Origin: the human T2T-CHM13v2.0 reference genome, Homo sapiens
NCBI GenBank assembly: GCA_009914755.4
Contig: CP068257.2
Span: 5,664,001 to 5,728,000, forward strand
DNA length: 64,000 nt
Reading direction: 5' to 3'
In this document: positions 17,801-31,932 of the stretch, piece after piece
Layout: every line of letters starts with the position of its first letter
Numbering within the stretch: position 1 is the stretch's first letter
Program-made: the position numbers and the translations under genes
Notes under the pieces: generated by a model
Told to the model about the DNA's origin: nothing
The model's database searches: none
The model's input: the letters and a program-made list of their open reading frames with translations, nothing else

Positions 17801-19065
17801 CTGTGGTGTTAGCATACTGAAAATGTCAATAAGGCCTGTAGATATCCCTGCGAGCAGCAATGATAAGGAAAAGTAGAAACACTTAGAACACAGAAAGTCA
17901 AGCTGTTGGAGAAATTGGACTGTAGTGTAAAGGTATAGATGACATGGTGAAAATGTGTGATAGAGATATTGAAGATATTGAAGGACTAGAGCTACCTGCA
18001 TTCATAACAGAACAAGAGGTCATGTCAGTTTATAAAATTAAAGAGAGACTTCCAAGACAAAAGCCCTTGATAATGAGGCAGATGACTCTGGAGAAACATT
18101 ATAAAAAACCATCTGGCAGAATGCCTCCTCAGCCTCAGAGGACTCACCTCCTAGTTGCTCAACTCCTGATATTTCTTCTCACCTAAAAAAAGAAAAAAAA
18201 TACAATGTACAGTAACCTTTTAATCAAAACGCAGCCTTGTAGGTGGAGCCTGAAAGCTTGCCATTGTTTATACAGCTGTTTAACAGCTGATGCAGGTATT
18301 CTGGTGATGCTACTGTGTTGCTTATTATTTTTTACTGTATTAATGGCATGTCATATTTTTACTTATGTGTGAATAATTGTGTGAAAATGATTGCTCATCA
18401 GTAGCATATAAATTCAGAGTCAGAAATGATGGTCAGTGATGTCAGACAGCCACAGATTTTCCACATGGAAGCTGAGATAGTGACACCTTTGCTTTCTGAT
18501 GGTTCCATGTACACAAACTTTGTTTCATTCACAAAATTATTTGAAATATTATATAAAATTACCTGTAGGCTATGTGTATAAGATATATGAAACATAAGTG
18601 AATTTCACATTTAGACTTGGGTCTCATCGCCAAGATATCTCACGTAGATGCAAATATTATAAAATCCAAAAAAAAATTCCGAAACCCTAAACACTTCTGG
18701 TTCCAAACATTTCAGATAAGGGATACTCAATCTGCATATATAAAATATTTATGTATCACATACATAGTATGTATAAAATATGAATTTCCATTCCTCTACA
18801 GGTTACTATTCTGGTACATTCCCGTTATATTCTGTTTATCAGACTGCAACTAAAACTTTCATGGGTTCAGCTTTATGTTGAACAGAATTTGCAGAATTAT
18901 GAGTTGAAGCAAACCCTAGGTTGATAATGCTATGATTCTCCTAAATCACCAAAGTGCATGAAATGATTTTAAAGCTCCAGAAATACTGAAGCAACTTTGT
19001 GATAAAAATTATTAGTGGATGCACAAGGAGTCTATAATGTCTTGGTTTTGCTATTGCTTACTAAG

Positions 19066-19359
<294 letters not shown>

Positions 19360-19849
19360 TAAATTATATCTGAAAATCTCTTAGCAATCCAGAATTTTAC
19401 AAGTGACTAAGTTGTGAGTTCTTACCTTTTTTAAAAAAACAGAGTAGTTTTACTCTCCTTTTCAGCACTTAAATTCTGTAATCCTTGAAGGATGGGTCTT
19501 TAGTGTAGTCATTTATTTTTGGTGTGCTAATATGCTCTGCATATAGCTTGATCGTAAGTGCAGTTTTAAGTTTTCCTGTGTCATACTGTAATGATAGGGT
19601 TGGCTCTGCAATTATTGCCCTGCAGTACTTTGCTGAAGTTATAGCACAGCAAATATTAGGATTTCTAAAACAGCTTTATTGGCAGTTTACATGCCATGTA
19701 ATTCACCCACTCGAAGTATATAGTTCAGTGGTTTTCAGTATATTCACAGATGTTGGGAACCAACACTCCAATCAATTTTAGAATTGTTTTTCCACCTCAA
19801 AAAAAAATCCTATGCCCTTTAGCTTATTTTCTTTCTATTTATTTATTTA

Positions 19850-20000
19850 TTTATTTTAAGAGATGGGGTCTTGCTCAGTCGACCAGCCCAGGCTGGAGTA
19901 CAGTGGTGTAATCATAGCTTAGTGCAGCCTTGAACTCCTGGGCTCAAGCAATCCTCCCATCTCAGCCTCCCTAGTAGCTAGGAGTACAGGCATGGACCAC
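19850..20000 (-). mobile_element. Alu fragment, minus orientation.
   Basis: GAGATGGGGTCTTGCTCAGTCGACCAGCCCAGGCTGGAGTACAGTGG... Confidence 0.7.
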
Positions 20001-20079
20001 AACACCCTGCCTCCTGTGCCGTTTAGCTTTCAATTCTGTCTCTCCACATACATCATCTGCACCCCCGCAGTTGTAGCAC

Positions 20080-21430
20080 TGGCAATCACCAATCTTTCTG
20101 CCTCTGGATTCCCTATTGCGTGTGTTTCATATAAATGGGATTATCTATCATATGGGCTTTTGTTACTGGATTCTTTCACTTGGCATAATGCTTGCAAGGT
20201 TTGTCTATGCTGTGACATGTATCAGTACTTACTTTTTATGGCCACATGATACTCTGTTACATGGATACACTGGATTTTGTTTATGCACTTGTCAGTTGAT
20301 GGATATTTAGGACATTGTTTACCCCTTTTGGCTATTATGAATAATGCTGCTATAAACATTGGTGTATAAGTTTTTGTGTAGACATTTGTCTTCGGTGTTT
20401 ATCTAGGAGCAGAATTGCTCAGATGCATATAACTGTCTAATTGAGGAACTGCCAAACTACTTTTTGAAATGGCTGCATTATTTTTTATTCCCTCCAGCAG
20501 TGTATTAAAATTTCAGTTTCTCCACATCTTCACAAACACTTACTGTGTGACTTTTTAATTGTAGCTATTATAATGTATGTGAAATTGTATCTCCTTGTGG
20601 TTTTGATTTGTATTTTCCTATTGAAGGTAGTGTCTTTTCTCATGCTTATTGGCCATGTGTATATCTTCTTTGGGGAAATATTTGTTGAGATCTTTTGTCA
20701 TTTTTTTTTTCCTGCTAGGGATCATTTTATTTTAAAAACAATAGACTTTTTTTTAGCAGTTTTAGAAAAAATAGAGAGAAAAGTGCAGAGAGTCCACATA
20801 TGCTCCCTTACAGTGCCCCTGCCCAGTTCTCCCAACTCTTAACACCTTGCGCTACTGTGCTAAATCGATTAGATTTGATGAACTGATACTTATATCTGAA
20901 ATTCATAGTTTACTTCAGGGTTCACTCTGTGTTTTATAGATTTTTGGATTTGACAAATGTATAATGTCATGTACCCACCATTACAGTATTATGTAGAACA
21001 GTTTCATTGCCCTAAAAATCTCCTGTGCTCCACTGAGTCATTCCTCCCCCTCCTCTTCCTCCCAAACCCCCGGTCATTACTAATCTTTTTACTCTCTAAT
21101 TTTGCCTCTCCCAGAATGTCATATAATAGATCATGTAGTATGTATCCTTTTCAGACTGGCTTCTTTCACCCAGCAGTATACATTTAGGGTTCTTCTGTGC
21201 TTTTTCATGGCTTGATAGCTCATTTTTTAAATTGCAGAATAATATTCCATTTGTTTGCATGTATTGCAGTTTGTTTATCCATTCTTGAATTGTCTATCTC
21301 TAATTGGGTTGTTTTGTCTTTTTATTACAGAATTGTAATTGTTCCTTATGTACGCCAGACACAAATCCCTTGTGTTCATCAGGGTTGCAGGATACAAGAT
21401 CAATATACAAAAATCAATAGTATTTGACAC
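20080..21430 (-). mobile_element. Old L1 (L1M/L1P-like) 3' portion, antisense.
   Basis: Matches the antisense of the L1 ORF2 C-terminal/3'UTR region (...GGCTATTATGAATAATGCTGCTATAAACATTG..., ...CTTATTGGCCATGTGTATATCTTCTTTGG...). Confidence 0.7.
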
Positions 21431-22380
21431 ACTTTAACTGAGTACTACATACTCACAATGAGCAATCAGAAAATGAAATTAAGAAAGCAACTTCATTTAT
21501 CATAGCATCAACAAGAATAAAATACTGATATATTTAAGAAGTGTAAAACTTGTACTCTGAAAACTATAGAACATTTTTGAAAGAAATGAAAGAAGATCTA
21601 AATAAATGTAAAAGTATCCCATGATCATGGACCTAAGGCTTAACATTGTTAAGAAGGCAATACTCCCTAAACTCATCTACAAATTTAACTTCATCCCTGT
21701 CAGAATCCCGGATGAGTTCTCTGTAAAATGGACAAGCTGACTCTGAAATTCATATGGAATTACAAAGGACTAGGAATAGCCAAAATAATCTTTTGAAAAT
21801 GAGAACAAAGTAGGAGAACTCATACTTACTGACTTTAAAACTTACTACAAGTCAGTGGTAATCAGGACAATATAATACTGGCAGAAGGATAGATGTATAG
21901 ACCAGTGGGATAGAATTGAGAGTCAGATATGAACCCATACATATATAACCACTGCTTTTGACAAGGGTGCCAAGATTATTCAGTGGGGAAAGAAGTTTGA
22001 GAACTGGCACAAGGACAACTAGATATGTAAACATATGCAAATCCTGGAGTAGGACCTTTACCCAACACCACATACAAAAACTATGGATGCAAAAAAAGTG
22101 GATCAAATGGATCCATTTTGAGCTAATCCACGTAAATGTAAGGACTAAAACTATAAAATCCTGAGAAGCAAACATAGGAGTAAATTGTCATGACCTTGAA
22201 TTTGGCAAAGTTTTCTTAAATATGAGACCAGCAACAAGAATAAAAATTGATGAATTGGACTTCATCAAAATTAAACATTTTTGCACTTCAAAGGACACCA
22301 TCAAGAAAGTGAAAAGACAACTCACAAGATGGAAGAAAATACTTGTAAATCATGTGTAGCACTTTTTGATGATAAACTTG
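21430..22380 (+). mobile_element. Old L1 ORF2 C-terminal fragment, sense.
   Basis: Translation gives L1 ORF2-like motifs (LTDFKTYYKA...WNRIESPE...FDKGAKTIQWGK..., ...KRQLTRWKKILVNHV). Confidence 0.8.
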
Positions 22381-22382
22381 AG

Positions 22383-22700
22383 GAAGACTTTTTTATTTTT
22401 TATTTTTATTATACTTTAAGTTCTAGGGTACATGTGCACAATGTGCAGGTTTGTTACATATGTATACATGTGCCATGTTGGTGTGCCGCACCCACTATCT
22501 CATCATTTACATTAGGTATATCTCCTAATGCTATCCCTCCTCCCTCCCCCCACCCCACGACAGGCCCCGGTGTGTGATGTTCCCTATCCTGTGTCCGAGT
22601 GTTCTCATTGTTCAATTTCCACCTATGAGCGAGAACATGTGGTGTTTGGTTTTCTGTCCTTGCGATATTTTGCTCAGAATGATGGTTTCCATATATATAT
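22383..22700 (-). mobile_element. L1 3' end, antisense, with poly-T at its left edge.
   Basis: TTTTTATTATACTTTAAGTTCTAGGGTACATGTGCACAATGTGCAGGTTTGTTACATATGTATACATGTGCCATG... is the antisense of the L1 3'UTR terminus. Confidence 0.8.
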
Positions 22701-23779
22701 ATGTCAGTTGCCAGGACTGCTGGGCAAGCCTGGGAAAGAGAGTACCTGGGGAAAGCAGCCTCCTGCTCCCCCGTGCCTTCTTTGAGCCTGATGTTCATTT
22801 GATGTGGTACTATATAATCACATCCAGTTTACCCTTTGAAATTCCTTGATTGTTCTTTTCTATTTCCTTGACACTGTCCTTTTACAGACCACATAATCTT
22901 ATCTGGAATACTACAACAGTTTTCTTTTCTCAGTGATTTTAGAATAACCTGTCAAAAACTCATCTGACTATAGTAGTACCTGCTTACAACCTTTTAATTA
23001 CTCCCCATTCCCTACCAGGCTGTGTAGCTCACTTGAGCTCTGCTAGGTGGTGAGGGAATCTGGGTCCTTTTTCTGGTATTTGAATTCAGTGCTACATAGG
23101 TTACTGGCTGGGTTGACAATCTGAAATTGTAAATCATGAGTATTCTATGTAGATAGACTGTCACGATTTACAATAAAACATTGACATGTCAAAGATCATG
23201 GTGATGTGAGGTTGGGTACTGTCTGTGAGAATTAATTGAGGAAATTAAAATTATATGGTTTTATTTACATAGAGTGTATAACAACTAGTTAAGGGATAGA
23301 TGTCTTCTTATCTGACTTTCAAGTATCTAAGAGTGGATTATTGTGCTTGTTAAAGTTCTGGGAACCATGGCTATTTTCTGAAAATACCTCAGTGATGACA
23401 AATGAATGACTACCAGCCTCTTGTAACATTAGGACTCCAGTTCATCCCTTTGCTTCATAGGTGTGTCTTTTCCTTTTGTATATATTTGCTTTAGTGTAGA
23501 AAATAGGTTTTCTTGATTAGAAATCTAAGAAGAATAAATTGAAAACTGGAGATTTTTCTATTGCTTTGGATTACCAAAATTAATGTAATTTGGCACTATA
23601 TCCCTGTGCCATTATTGTCTCTCTGGTAAGTAGATGGTAGGGTTTTGGGTGATTAAATTTTTTTCCCTATTTTGCTTATTTAATGGGCATATGTTTGTAT
23701 TAAAAAGGGGAAAATAAATAGGAATGTAGAAGATGTTAACTAATCGTGAAAGTTATTGGGAAGGGTTACCTAATTTAAA

Positions 23780-23940
23780 AGTTGGCCAGCCATGGCAGCA
23801 CTGCCTGTAGTCCCAGCTGTGGGGGAGGCTGAGGCAAGAGGATGGCTTGAGTTCAGGGGATAGAGGTTACAGTGAGCTATGATTGTGCCACTGCATTTCA
23901 GCCTGAGGGACAGAGCCAGACCCTGTCTCAGAAAAACCTA
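23780..23940 (+). mobile_element. Alu right-monomer fragment.
   Basis: ...CCTGTAGTCCCAGCTGTGGGGGAGGCTGAGGCAAGAGGATGGCTTGAG...AGACCCTGTCTCAG. Confidence 0.7.
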
Positions 23941-26900
23941 GAACAGCAACAAACAGAGAGAGGAGCCTGGACGGATTGAGCAATATTAGTGTCCGGGAGC
24001 TGCAGTAGTGATGGCTTATGACATCAGGAATTTATTCTCTCACAGTTCTGGAGGCCACAAGTCCAAAATCAAGGTGTGGGCAGAAATGCGCTCCCTCTGC
24101 AGACTCCTGGGGAGGATGCTTGTTTCTTCCAGCTCTGCGACTGTGGTGCCTGCAGCCATTGGAACCAGCTCTGCACGGCTCAGACCTGGGTGATGAGGAC
24201 ACAGCTTTGCAGGTGGGCAGCCACATCCCCAGGGGGAGACTGTGGGCCTGTGGCAGGGTAGGGGCAACCAGTGCAGGGGCTCCCCATTGTTGCCCCTGAG
24301 CTCCTGGGGCTTGTGGAGAAAGACAGGTGGATGCACACATACTGCAGCTCCCTGGATTTGAGCCTTGGTTTCCCTACCTGTGAAATGGGCACCCATGGCA
24401 GCTCAGAAGTGTCTGGGAGCATCCCCTGTGGGGGAAGGTGTGGGGGGCTGCTGGGGCACAGTCATGGGGAACCCCAGTCCCCCTCTCCATGTGCTTCCCT
24501 CAATGCTCCCTGATGCCAGCAGTCCTGCCCCCGAACAGAAAGGGGCATTCCTGTGAGTTCCTTGTGTGGGGGACTGGTCACAGAGACTCCCCAAGTGCAG
24601 GGCAGGGTGGAGGGAGGCTGAGGGGTGGTTGAATGGACAGGAGAAGAGCTCTCTCCAGTCCCTTGGGTCTGGGTGGCCTGGGGAGCATCCATTTGGGCAG
24701 GCAGCTGGTGGGGCTGGTGGCTGAGCCACTGTGGCTCGGGGACCCCAGGCCAGGACAGAGTAGGGTGGGCAGGGAGAGCAGAGTGCGAGCATATGGGGCA
24801 GGACAGGTGTCTCCTGGACAGAAAGAGCCCTGGTCACTCATGGCTGCAGCATAGCCATGGCGACAGGAAAGTGCTGCTGTACATTGTGCTCCTGGGGCTG
24901 GCTCCCAATGGACACCCAACAGCATCTCCCCCATTGTACTGTGGGATGCTGGCAGTGGTGCTGGGCACTGGGGTAAGAGCCTTGGCAAGCCCTTCTCTCC
25001 CTGGGTGTGAGACTTTGGGCTCCTGGATGCCTGGGTTTCTGTGTCCTATTTTTCCCATGGAAGATGTTTGGGGTGCTCCCAGGAAATGGGGAGGGCCCTG
25101 GGGGGTCAGGATTGTATTATTAAAGCCAGAAAGTCTGGGGTTCCATTTTTAGCACAAGGCAGGCAGCCCATGAGCCCCAGCCCAGTGGCCAGCCTGTGTG
25201 GGAGGGGAGTGGGGGTCTGAAGGAGTGAGGCTTCTGTTACTGCAGGCTCCACAGCAGCCCCCCAGGGTGGCCCGTGTGGGCTGGACAGCGGGCACTGCAC
25301 CAGGGGCTCTGGCGCCGACCTTGAGCCATGCATCTAATGCCTGTGAGAGTGATCTCTAGGAGCCACTGCACAAGGGGGCAGATGAGGGAACCCTGACATG
25401 GCACAGCCGAGGGCGACCCCAACACGGAGCGGGCAGCTGTGTCCAGGCTCCACTGGATTCCGCAGAGGACAGAACACAGCTCTGACTCCAGGGTGTGGGC
25501 TCACTGAGGGACAGGACAGGCTGGGGTTGGGAGAGGGCCATGCTGCAGCTGGGCCAGATCCCACCTGCACCCCTCAGATGGCAGGGCCTGGACGTCTCCA
25601 TCCCCACCCTGACCCGGTCAGTAACAGCCATGGGCCAGCAGCCCCCAGCAACCCCTCCCTCTGTGAACTGCCAAGGACAGGAGGTACCACAGTCTCTTCC
25701 AGGCAAGAGCTGCTGGAGCCTTCTTTATTCTTGTGCTAGAAGCCCAGGGTGGGGAGAGGAGCCTGAGAACAGCCCAGTGTGGGCATCCACCTTCCTGCCC
25801 ACTTTGGAGGTCTGAGTCACCTCCGGCCACTCTCCCAATCCCCAGGAGCCCAGAGGCTTCCTGGAGCAAGCCACACCTGATCTCCACCATGGGTAGGAGT
25901 TCAAGGCCAGGCCAACAGGGACTCCACAGAGGGGCCTGTGGGTTAGCAGCAGCTGCCAGTGTCCAGATGGCCTCAGGGGTGGGGGTTAGACAATCTGGAG
26001 GTCAGCAGGGAATTCAGCATGAGGAGACAGCCCTTAGGGTTCTGGCCCAGCAGCCCCAGGTGCTGGCTCTGCACTGAGTCATGAAGTTTGTGGGCCAGGG
26101 GCGTTGGCCTCTCTCTAGCTGAGAGTGACTTCCATCACTGCTGTCATTAGCCTCCCCTGCATCAACCTGTCCCTGGGGTGGGAGCACAGTTGGCACAGGG
26201 ACCCTCAGGCCTTAGTTTTCCCTGCTGTAAAATGCATGTGATAGGCTGTCATGAGGTCTGAAGGAGTTAAAACCTGCCATGTGCTCAGGATGACACCTAG
26301 CTCGGTGCCTCCTACCCTGGTGCCACCATCCGGCATCAGAGATGAAATACTTCTCCCAGGCCCCCTCCCCTGGCACCCCCCACACTCAGCTCTCCATCAG
26401 CCACCCCCTCCAGGGTGGGACAAGGAGGTCCTGAGCCTGATGGGGACCTGACAGGGCTGGGCAGCGCCACCTGGGCCTGGGCGATAATGGGAGCCTGAGT
26501 GTGGGGCCTGCATGGAAGGAGCCATTGTTTCTTGGGCCTCTTAGTGGCTACTTCCCTAGAGTCTGGGAGAAGTGCTGCTGTTCAAGAGGGGACAGTGCCA
26601 GCAGCTCCTTCTGAGGCTGGGGTGGGCACAGCGTGGAGGGGCCTCACCTCCACCCACCTCCCATGGAGGTTCCTGGCTCTCCTGGAGGACTCCTTGCTAC
26701 TGGGCTGAGGCACCAGGGCTGACCAGTCCCAGGATGGTGTTGGACAACCTGCATCCCCCTGCAGCAGGCAGGGAGGGCACTGCAGCCACCACCCACCCAC
26801 ACCTGACCCCTCCCTGGCCATCGTGTCTAGGGTGGCAGGGAGTGAAGCCCCCACCCAACAACCTCCCCCAGCTCAGGGGCCTTTGAGTTCACCACCATCT

Positions 26901-28664
26901 GCCTCACTGCAGGTTTCCCCTGTGCTGGGGGTGATTGCAGGGAGATGGTTCTTTGGCGTTCCCTGGGCAGGTCATTGCCTCAGCCCCTGCCTGGTGTCCT
27001 GGAGCAGCTTTGAGGAGCTACACGGACAGGACACCAACTGTCTGCAGCCCCCAGGTGAGGCTTGGCTGCTGTGTCCCACTGCCTCTGCTCCTGGCTGTCA
27101 AAGCCCCATGGTAACAGCATCCAGGGTGAATTTAAATGGCACCCCAAAGAATAAGAGTGGGCCTGGGTGTCACTGTAGTGGCTGGTGGCTTGTGACAAGT
27201 AGTGTGGCTTCCGTGGTGATGAGAAGTGACAGTTCCCCCTGAATCTGCACTGGAGAGAAGGTCCTGGAAGCTTTCAGGCCCACCCTCCAGGGTCTGGGTC
27301 TGCATCTCTGAGAGTGGCTGGGTGAGCAGAAGAATCCTGACTGCCTGGCAGTCGGGTTTGGAGCTGGGGAGGGCTGGGCCTGGTTAGCAATGAGCCTATC
27401 ACAGTGAACCAGAGCTCAAGATAAAGCGAGAGGCCTAGCCCAGACACCTCCTTCCCTGGTCCCAGCCCCTGTGCCTTGGCCTGTGCAGTGGAAGCCAGGC
27501 TCCCTCCTCCAGGAAGTCTTCCCTGCACTTCCTGCTCACACACAGCCTCTCCCAGATTTCTCCCCATCCAGGCTGAGTAGGATTCCCAAGAAGGCTCCTC
27601 CCTGAGCCAACTGCCTGCAGTCAACATTATCACCTCCCCCAGTGAATGGCAGTAGTGTTTTTCATCTTCAGCAGTGGCCTCTGGAGGGGTCCTAGCAGGT
27701 CGGGGAGAGAGGTCTGAGTTAGTCCCACGTGAAAGGCAGCCCATGCCTCTCCTCCCAGCAACCCCTAGCAGCAACTTCCACCTGGCTGACCCCACCCAGC
27801 TCACAGAGTTGCCCAGCTGGGTGTCCTTGTGGTCGATTGGGGGGAAGGGGCTGTTACCTCCCGGTCCCCTTCAGGCTGAGACAAGAGCCCTGTGGGTCTG
27901 GATCTTGCAGATGGGACCCCCACCCACATGCTCTCCAGGTGGATGCCCACCCTGGGCTGTTCTCAGGCCCCTCTCCCCACACTGGGCCCACACCCCGGAG
28001 GGAACTCCATGTACCCCTGCCGATATGCCCATCTGAGCCTCAGGGGTCCTGGGCACTGAGAGCTGGGCTGGGCTGAGCTCAGGTACACACTGTCATTGGG
28101 GACGGAGAGGGGATGCTGAAGTGGGTGCTTCTGCGTGGGGCCTGCCTGGAGGATCGCCACAGCAGGTGCACCCAGCAGCCAGACCAGCTTCTAGCAGAAT
28201 AAGCGCACTGTCACAGGGGTATGTGAGCTGAGGCTGGGGGCCTGGAGGTGCAGGGGGAGGAGTTGGGGAGATGCAGAGGCCCCAAAGATGTCCCAAGTCC
28301 CTAAGACTCTGGTGAGGGAATGGAGGAGCCAGCACTGGTGGGGAAGTGGGCAGGGGGAACTGGATGGCCTGGCTCTGAGCTGGACACACGGTCTGCACCC
28401 ACACTTGAGCTGTGCTGTGAAGGCCCAGTCCCCACCTGGGCATGTCCTGTCCTCTGAGGCACAGGGATTCCTCCCCCTCAGCTCTGACCCCTCATCTCCA
28501 ACTGTTGGGATGACGAGTCCATAGGCAGAGCCAGCCTCACAGGGGACCCAAAGGCCAGTTCAGATGGACAGCAACTGGAGGTCCCACCGGGCACACACAC
28601 ACACTGTGCAGAAAGCTAACGCACTGTTTATTTGGGGGATTGGGGGGAAGCACCGTGCCGCTGC

Positions 28665-28886
28665 TCACTGGTAGCCAGCCAGCTGCAGAATGGTGGGGTA
28701 GCAAGTACGATGGGCCATGCACTTCTGGCGGTCGATGAAGAGACTGTTGGTCATGGCAGTGACGTCCTTCTCCAGGCTCATGTGGATGTCCTTGAGGTTG
28801 CGCAGGGACTGCTCCGCTTGTAGAAGCTTCTCCCGCAGCGCTGTGATGGACTTGTACAGCTCCTCCACCTCACTCACCAGCTTGGG
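28665..28886 (-). pseudogene. TEKT4P: TEKT4-like last exon, with an intact reading frame to its stop. The acceptor context (CCCCCAAG|CTG) does not join exon 5 in frame.
   Basis: ORF 28665-29039(-) ends ...IDRQKCMAHRTCYPTILQLAGYQ*, a typical tektin C-terminus. Confidence 0.8.
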
Positions 28887-29696
28887 GGTGTTGGGGGGTG
28901 TGAGCTGGGGCTGGGGAGGGCAGAAGTATGCACCTACTGGGGTGGAGGGGACCCAAAACTCCCAATGGGAGCTGGCAGGAGGTCCTGGGAAGACGCCATG
29001 AAAGGATCCTACCAGGAAAGCGGCTCTAGGGCAGAGCATAAATTACGAGGGTCCTCCCAGGGAGCGCGGGCCTGAGTGGGAATGAGTGACCCGCGTGCAA
29101 TCTCGACCCTGACAGGACAGGACTGGCCTCAGCCGACCAGGCTCAGTTCTTTCCATTCCTGATATTTGACGGAAGGAGGCACCCAGTTCCTTGAAGGAAC
29201 TGAGGGGCAGGGAAGGAAGAAAGGTACTTAGGCTCAGAAGGGGCCACCAGGCATCCATTAACAAGGGAAACAAAAGGACGGCCCATCTATGCCTGTAGCC
29301 CAGGCGTAGGTCATACTTTCCACCAGAGGTGGGGACAGCACCCTCAGGGCAGCAGGGAATGGCCCTCTCTGGCCTCTCTGGCCCCGTGGCCTCCAGGAGC
29401 TCACCTTGTCTGAAGGAGCTTCCTCCCGGGAAGATGAGGTAGCACAGGGTGGGGTGAGACCACGTGGGCACAGGTCCCTGGCACGGGGAGGCCCCCGACC
29501 CATGACCTGCCCAGTGTCATGTCTATATCTGTGTGTTTAAGGCGTGCTTGCATGTTGTGTGTGGCCGCAGAGTCTCCCTCCCCTCTCAGCACCTGTGGGG
29601 GATGTGTGTGTGGAGATTGGAGTGTTTATTGGAGAGGGTCGCAGCGAGGAGGTGGATGGGGGCACCTGGGACTGCCTCAGAGGCCCAGGCAGTACC

Positions 29697-29850
29697 TGAA
29701 CTGGGCTGCATCGCGGCACAGCTGCATGTTGGGCCGGTGTGAGAGCAGCTACAGCCGGGTCTGGGCTATGTGCAGAGGTTCCTCCTTGTCCTTGATGGCC
29801 TCCTTCAGTGCCACCACGTTGTGTTCCTGATCTGTGATTTCCCGCAGCAT
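29697..29850 (-). pseudogene. TEKT4P: TEKT4-like exon 5, bounded by acceptor CTGTCTGCAG| and donor TTCAG|GTACTG. It carries a premature in-frame TAG at 29749-29751, where a tektin-conserved Tyr is expected.
   Basis: Minus-strand read is CGG CTG TAG CTG CTC TCA CAC CGG CCC AAC ATG CAG CTG TGC CGC GAT, which translates R L * L L S H R P N M Q L C R D. The downstream RPNMQLCRD corresponds to the tektin signature RPNVELCRD. Confidence 0.85.
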
Positions 29851-30463
29851 CTGCAGACAGGACAGTGCCCCTTGGGCCTGTGCCCCCATGCCCGGGCATA
29901 TGGAATGTAGAGACCAGTCTGGTCCTACCCAGCTCCTGGGGCTGTGTCCAGAGGGTGGTCCTGACCAGTGGCCCTGGGGAGGCGTGGGTGAGGGGAACAA
30001 TGTGCACGGGGCCCCCAGCGGGCTCTGGAGAGTCAGGCAGCCTGTTGTCTCTTAGCTCTGGTCCAAGAACCCCCATCCTTGGTGGTCACCAGGACCCAAA
30101 TCCTGCTCAAGGACTGGGGACTCAGAGGTGGTAAAGGCCATGCTGAGGCCCTAGAGTCAGAGCCCTGCCTGCCAGGCCAGGACTCTTGGGGACCTCCCAG
30201 GCAGTCAATGCTCCCCAGACCAGCTCCTGCCTCCATCCTCCCCACAGCTCCTCCTTCTCAGTCATGGGGGTTGCAACACACTGCGATCATACCCAGTGTC
30301 ACCTGGTTTTACATAGGTTTACGGAGAGGTGACACTTGCTTCTGGGGTCCCTCGGGATAAGTGGGACAGAGGAGAAAGGTGTTGAGGGCCCAGGCCAGGT
30401 GATGAGAGGGGGCAGAGTGGTGGGCAGGCGCCGGAGCCGTCTTCGGGGTTCAGGGTGCCCCAC

Positions 30464-30694
30464 CTTGTGCAGGTGGTGCTGCAGCTTGTGCCGCGCGTCC
30501 TCCAGTTCCTCACAGCGGCGCCCGAAGGCCAGGTTCACGGCGTCACACTGGAGTCCCAGGTCCTCGGAGGTGTCGCGAAGGATGCAGTCCACCAGCACCC
30601 ACAGGTTGGCCGAGTCCAGGCGCTCGCGCTGGGCGTGGCACAGATTGTCCTGTGTGAACTTGGTCCGGGTCTCTGGGGTGGAGGCGCTGCGGGG
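30464..30694 (-). pseudogene. TEKT4P: TEKT4-like exon 4, with donor CACAAG|GTGGGG.
   Basis: 77 in-frame codons: PRSASTPETRTKFTQDNLCHAQRERLDSANLWVLVDCILRDTSEDLGLQCDAVNLAFGRRCEELEDARHKLQHHLHK. Confidence 0.75.
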
Positions 30695-31356
30695 CTGGGG
30701 ACAGCCAGGAGAGGGTCAGGGAGGCTATGCCAGTGGCTGGGGGCCCTGCCGCGCCCCCATTCCCTGTCTGCACCCCATGCTCCTGGAGGAACTGCATGGA
30801 CTCCAATGCACCCCGTGCAGACTCACAAAGCCCAGTCCCCCAAGCTCCCTGCCTCCGAGTGCCCCCCGCCCACAACTCCCCTGAGTCCACCCACACCCTA
30901 CCCACCCCGGGCACTTAGTCCCCTCCTGCCCCCGCGACCCCGTTCCCAGCACCGCTGCCCCCAAGGCCCCCTCTGCAGCACCTCCGTCCCCCGCAGCCCC
31001 CCTTCCCTAGTACCCAGCGCCCGCGTCCGCTTCTCGCACCCAGGAGTTTGCCATGCTCAAGTGGGCGGTGGTCGTGCTCCCTCTGCTGGCCTTGGGTGGA
31101 AATGCAATCCTGCCGGCGCCTGGGGCTGACCGCATCCCACCCTGTCCTGTCTACGGGCAACCAGGCTGTGCACGCGCTGGGCACTTGAGGAGGTCTTGCA
31201 CGCTTTCTCATGCCAGGGGCAGACAGTTGCCCAAGTGCCCTCGGGGGCGAGGGCCTCTGGGCCAGGCTGGGGGAAGCAGCGCCGCTGGGGCCCCCAGGCA
31301 GAGGGAGGCGAGACCACAGCCAGGGCAAGCACGGGGACAGAGCTGGGGTCCCCATC

Positions 31357-31498
31357 TCTTGGAAGGTGGTGGAGTGCCGGATGAGCCTGCACCTCGGTGC
31401 TCTGGCTGTGGTGGCGCCCGAAAGTCTCGTCGAGGTTGTAGGCCTCCACCTTGTCCGACCAGTCCATCTCGCAGATCTCCGTGTGCTCTCTGTTCAGT
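31357..31498 (-). pseudogene. TEKT4P: TEKT4-like exon 3 (approximate). The acceptor is CCCAG|ACTGAACAG. A 1-nt insertion near 31372-31380 gives a frameshift (AHP then ALHHLPRD instead of YSTTFQE). No usable GT donor is seen.
   Basis: ORF 31057-31548(-) reads ...LNREHTEICEMDWSDKVEAYNLDETFGRHHSQSTEVQAHPALHH.... The +1 frame gives HSTTFQE. Confidence 0.65.
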
Positions 31499-31875
31499 CT
31501 GGGGCGGGGTGGGGCAGGGTCTTGGTGTGTGGCCAGGGAGGGCCCCACTGGGTACCCTCCATGCTGCAGGCTAGGCCTTCATGCCCGCTTCAGGAGGGAG
31601 CTCTGGGCCGGCTGTCCTTGTGCTCAGCAGTGACGAAGAGCTGCCGCCCATGCTGGGAGGCTGCAGATCAGTTGTGGCACTGGGCTTTGGCCACTCAAAC
31701 TCAGGCTGGGCTGGAACCTCCCCCACCCAGCCCTGTGCTCCCACTGTGACCTGGGACAGCCCCTGCCGGCTCTGAGCTTCAGGGTTCTGTCGTTCAATGC
31801 CTTGCCCCAGGACCAGCCGTGGGTGGGGTCAGGAGTCATCCCTTGGGCAGCCCTCGACCCAAGGGTCTGGCTCAC

Positions 31876-31932
31876 TGCTTGCACGATGGCTCTCTTCAGC
31901 AGCTCCTTAATGTTCCGGATGGGCTCAGCTTC
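31876..31932 (-). pseudogene. TEKT4P: TEKT4-like exon 2 (approximate). The acceptor is CTCCCTCAG|GAAGCT. The donor is uncertain, and the exon 2/3 junction cannot be rebuilt in frame.
   Basis: Translation is EAEPIRNIKELLKRAIVQA(VSQ). Confidence 0.6.
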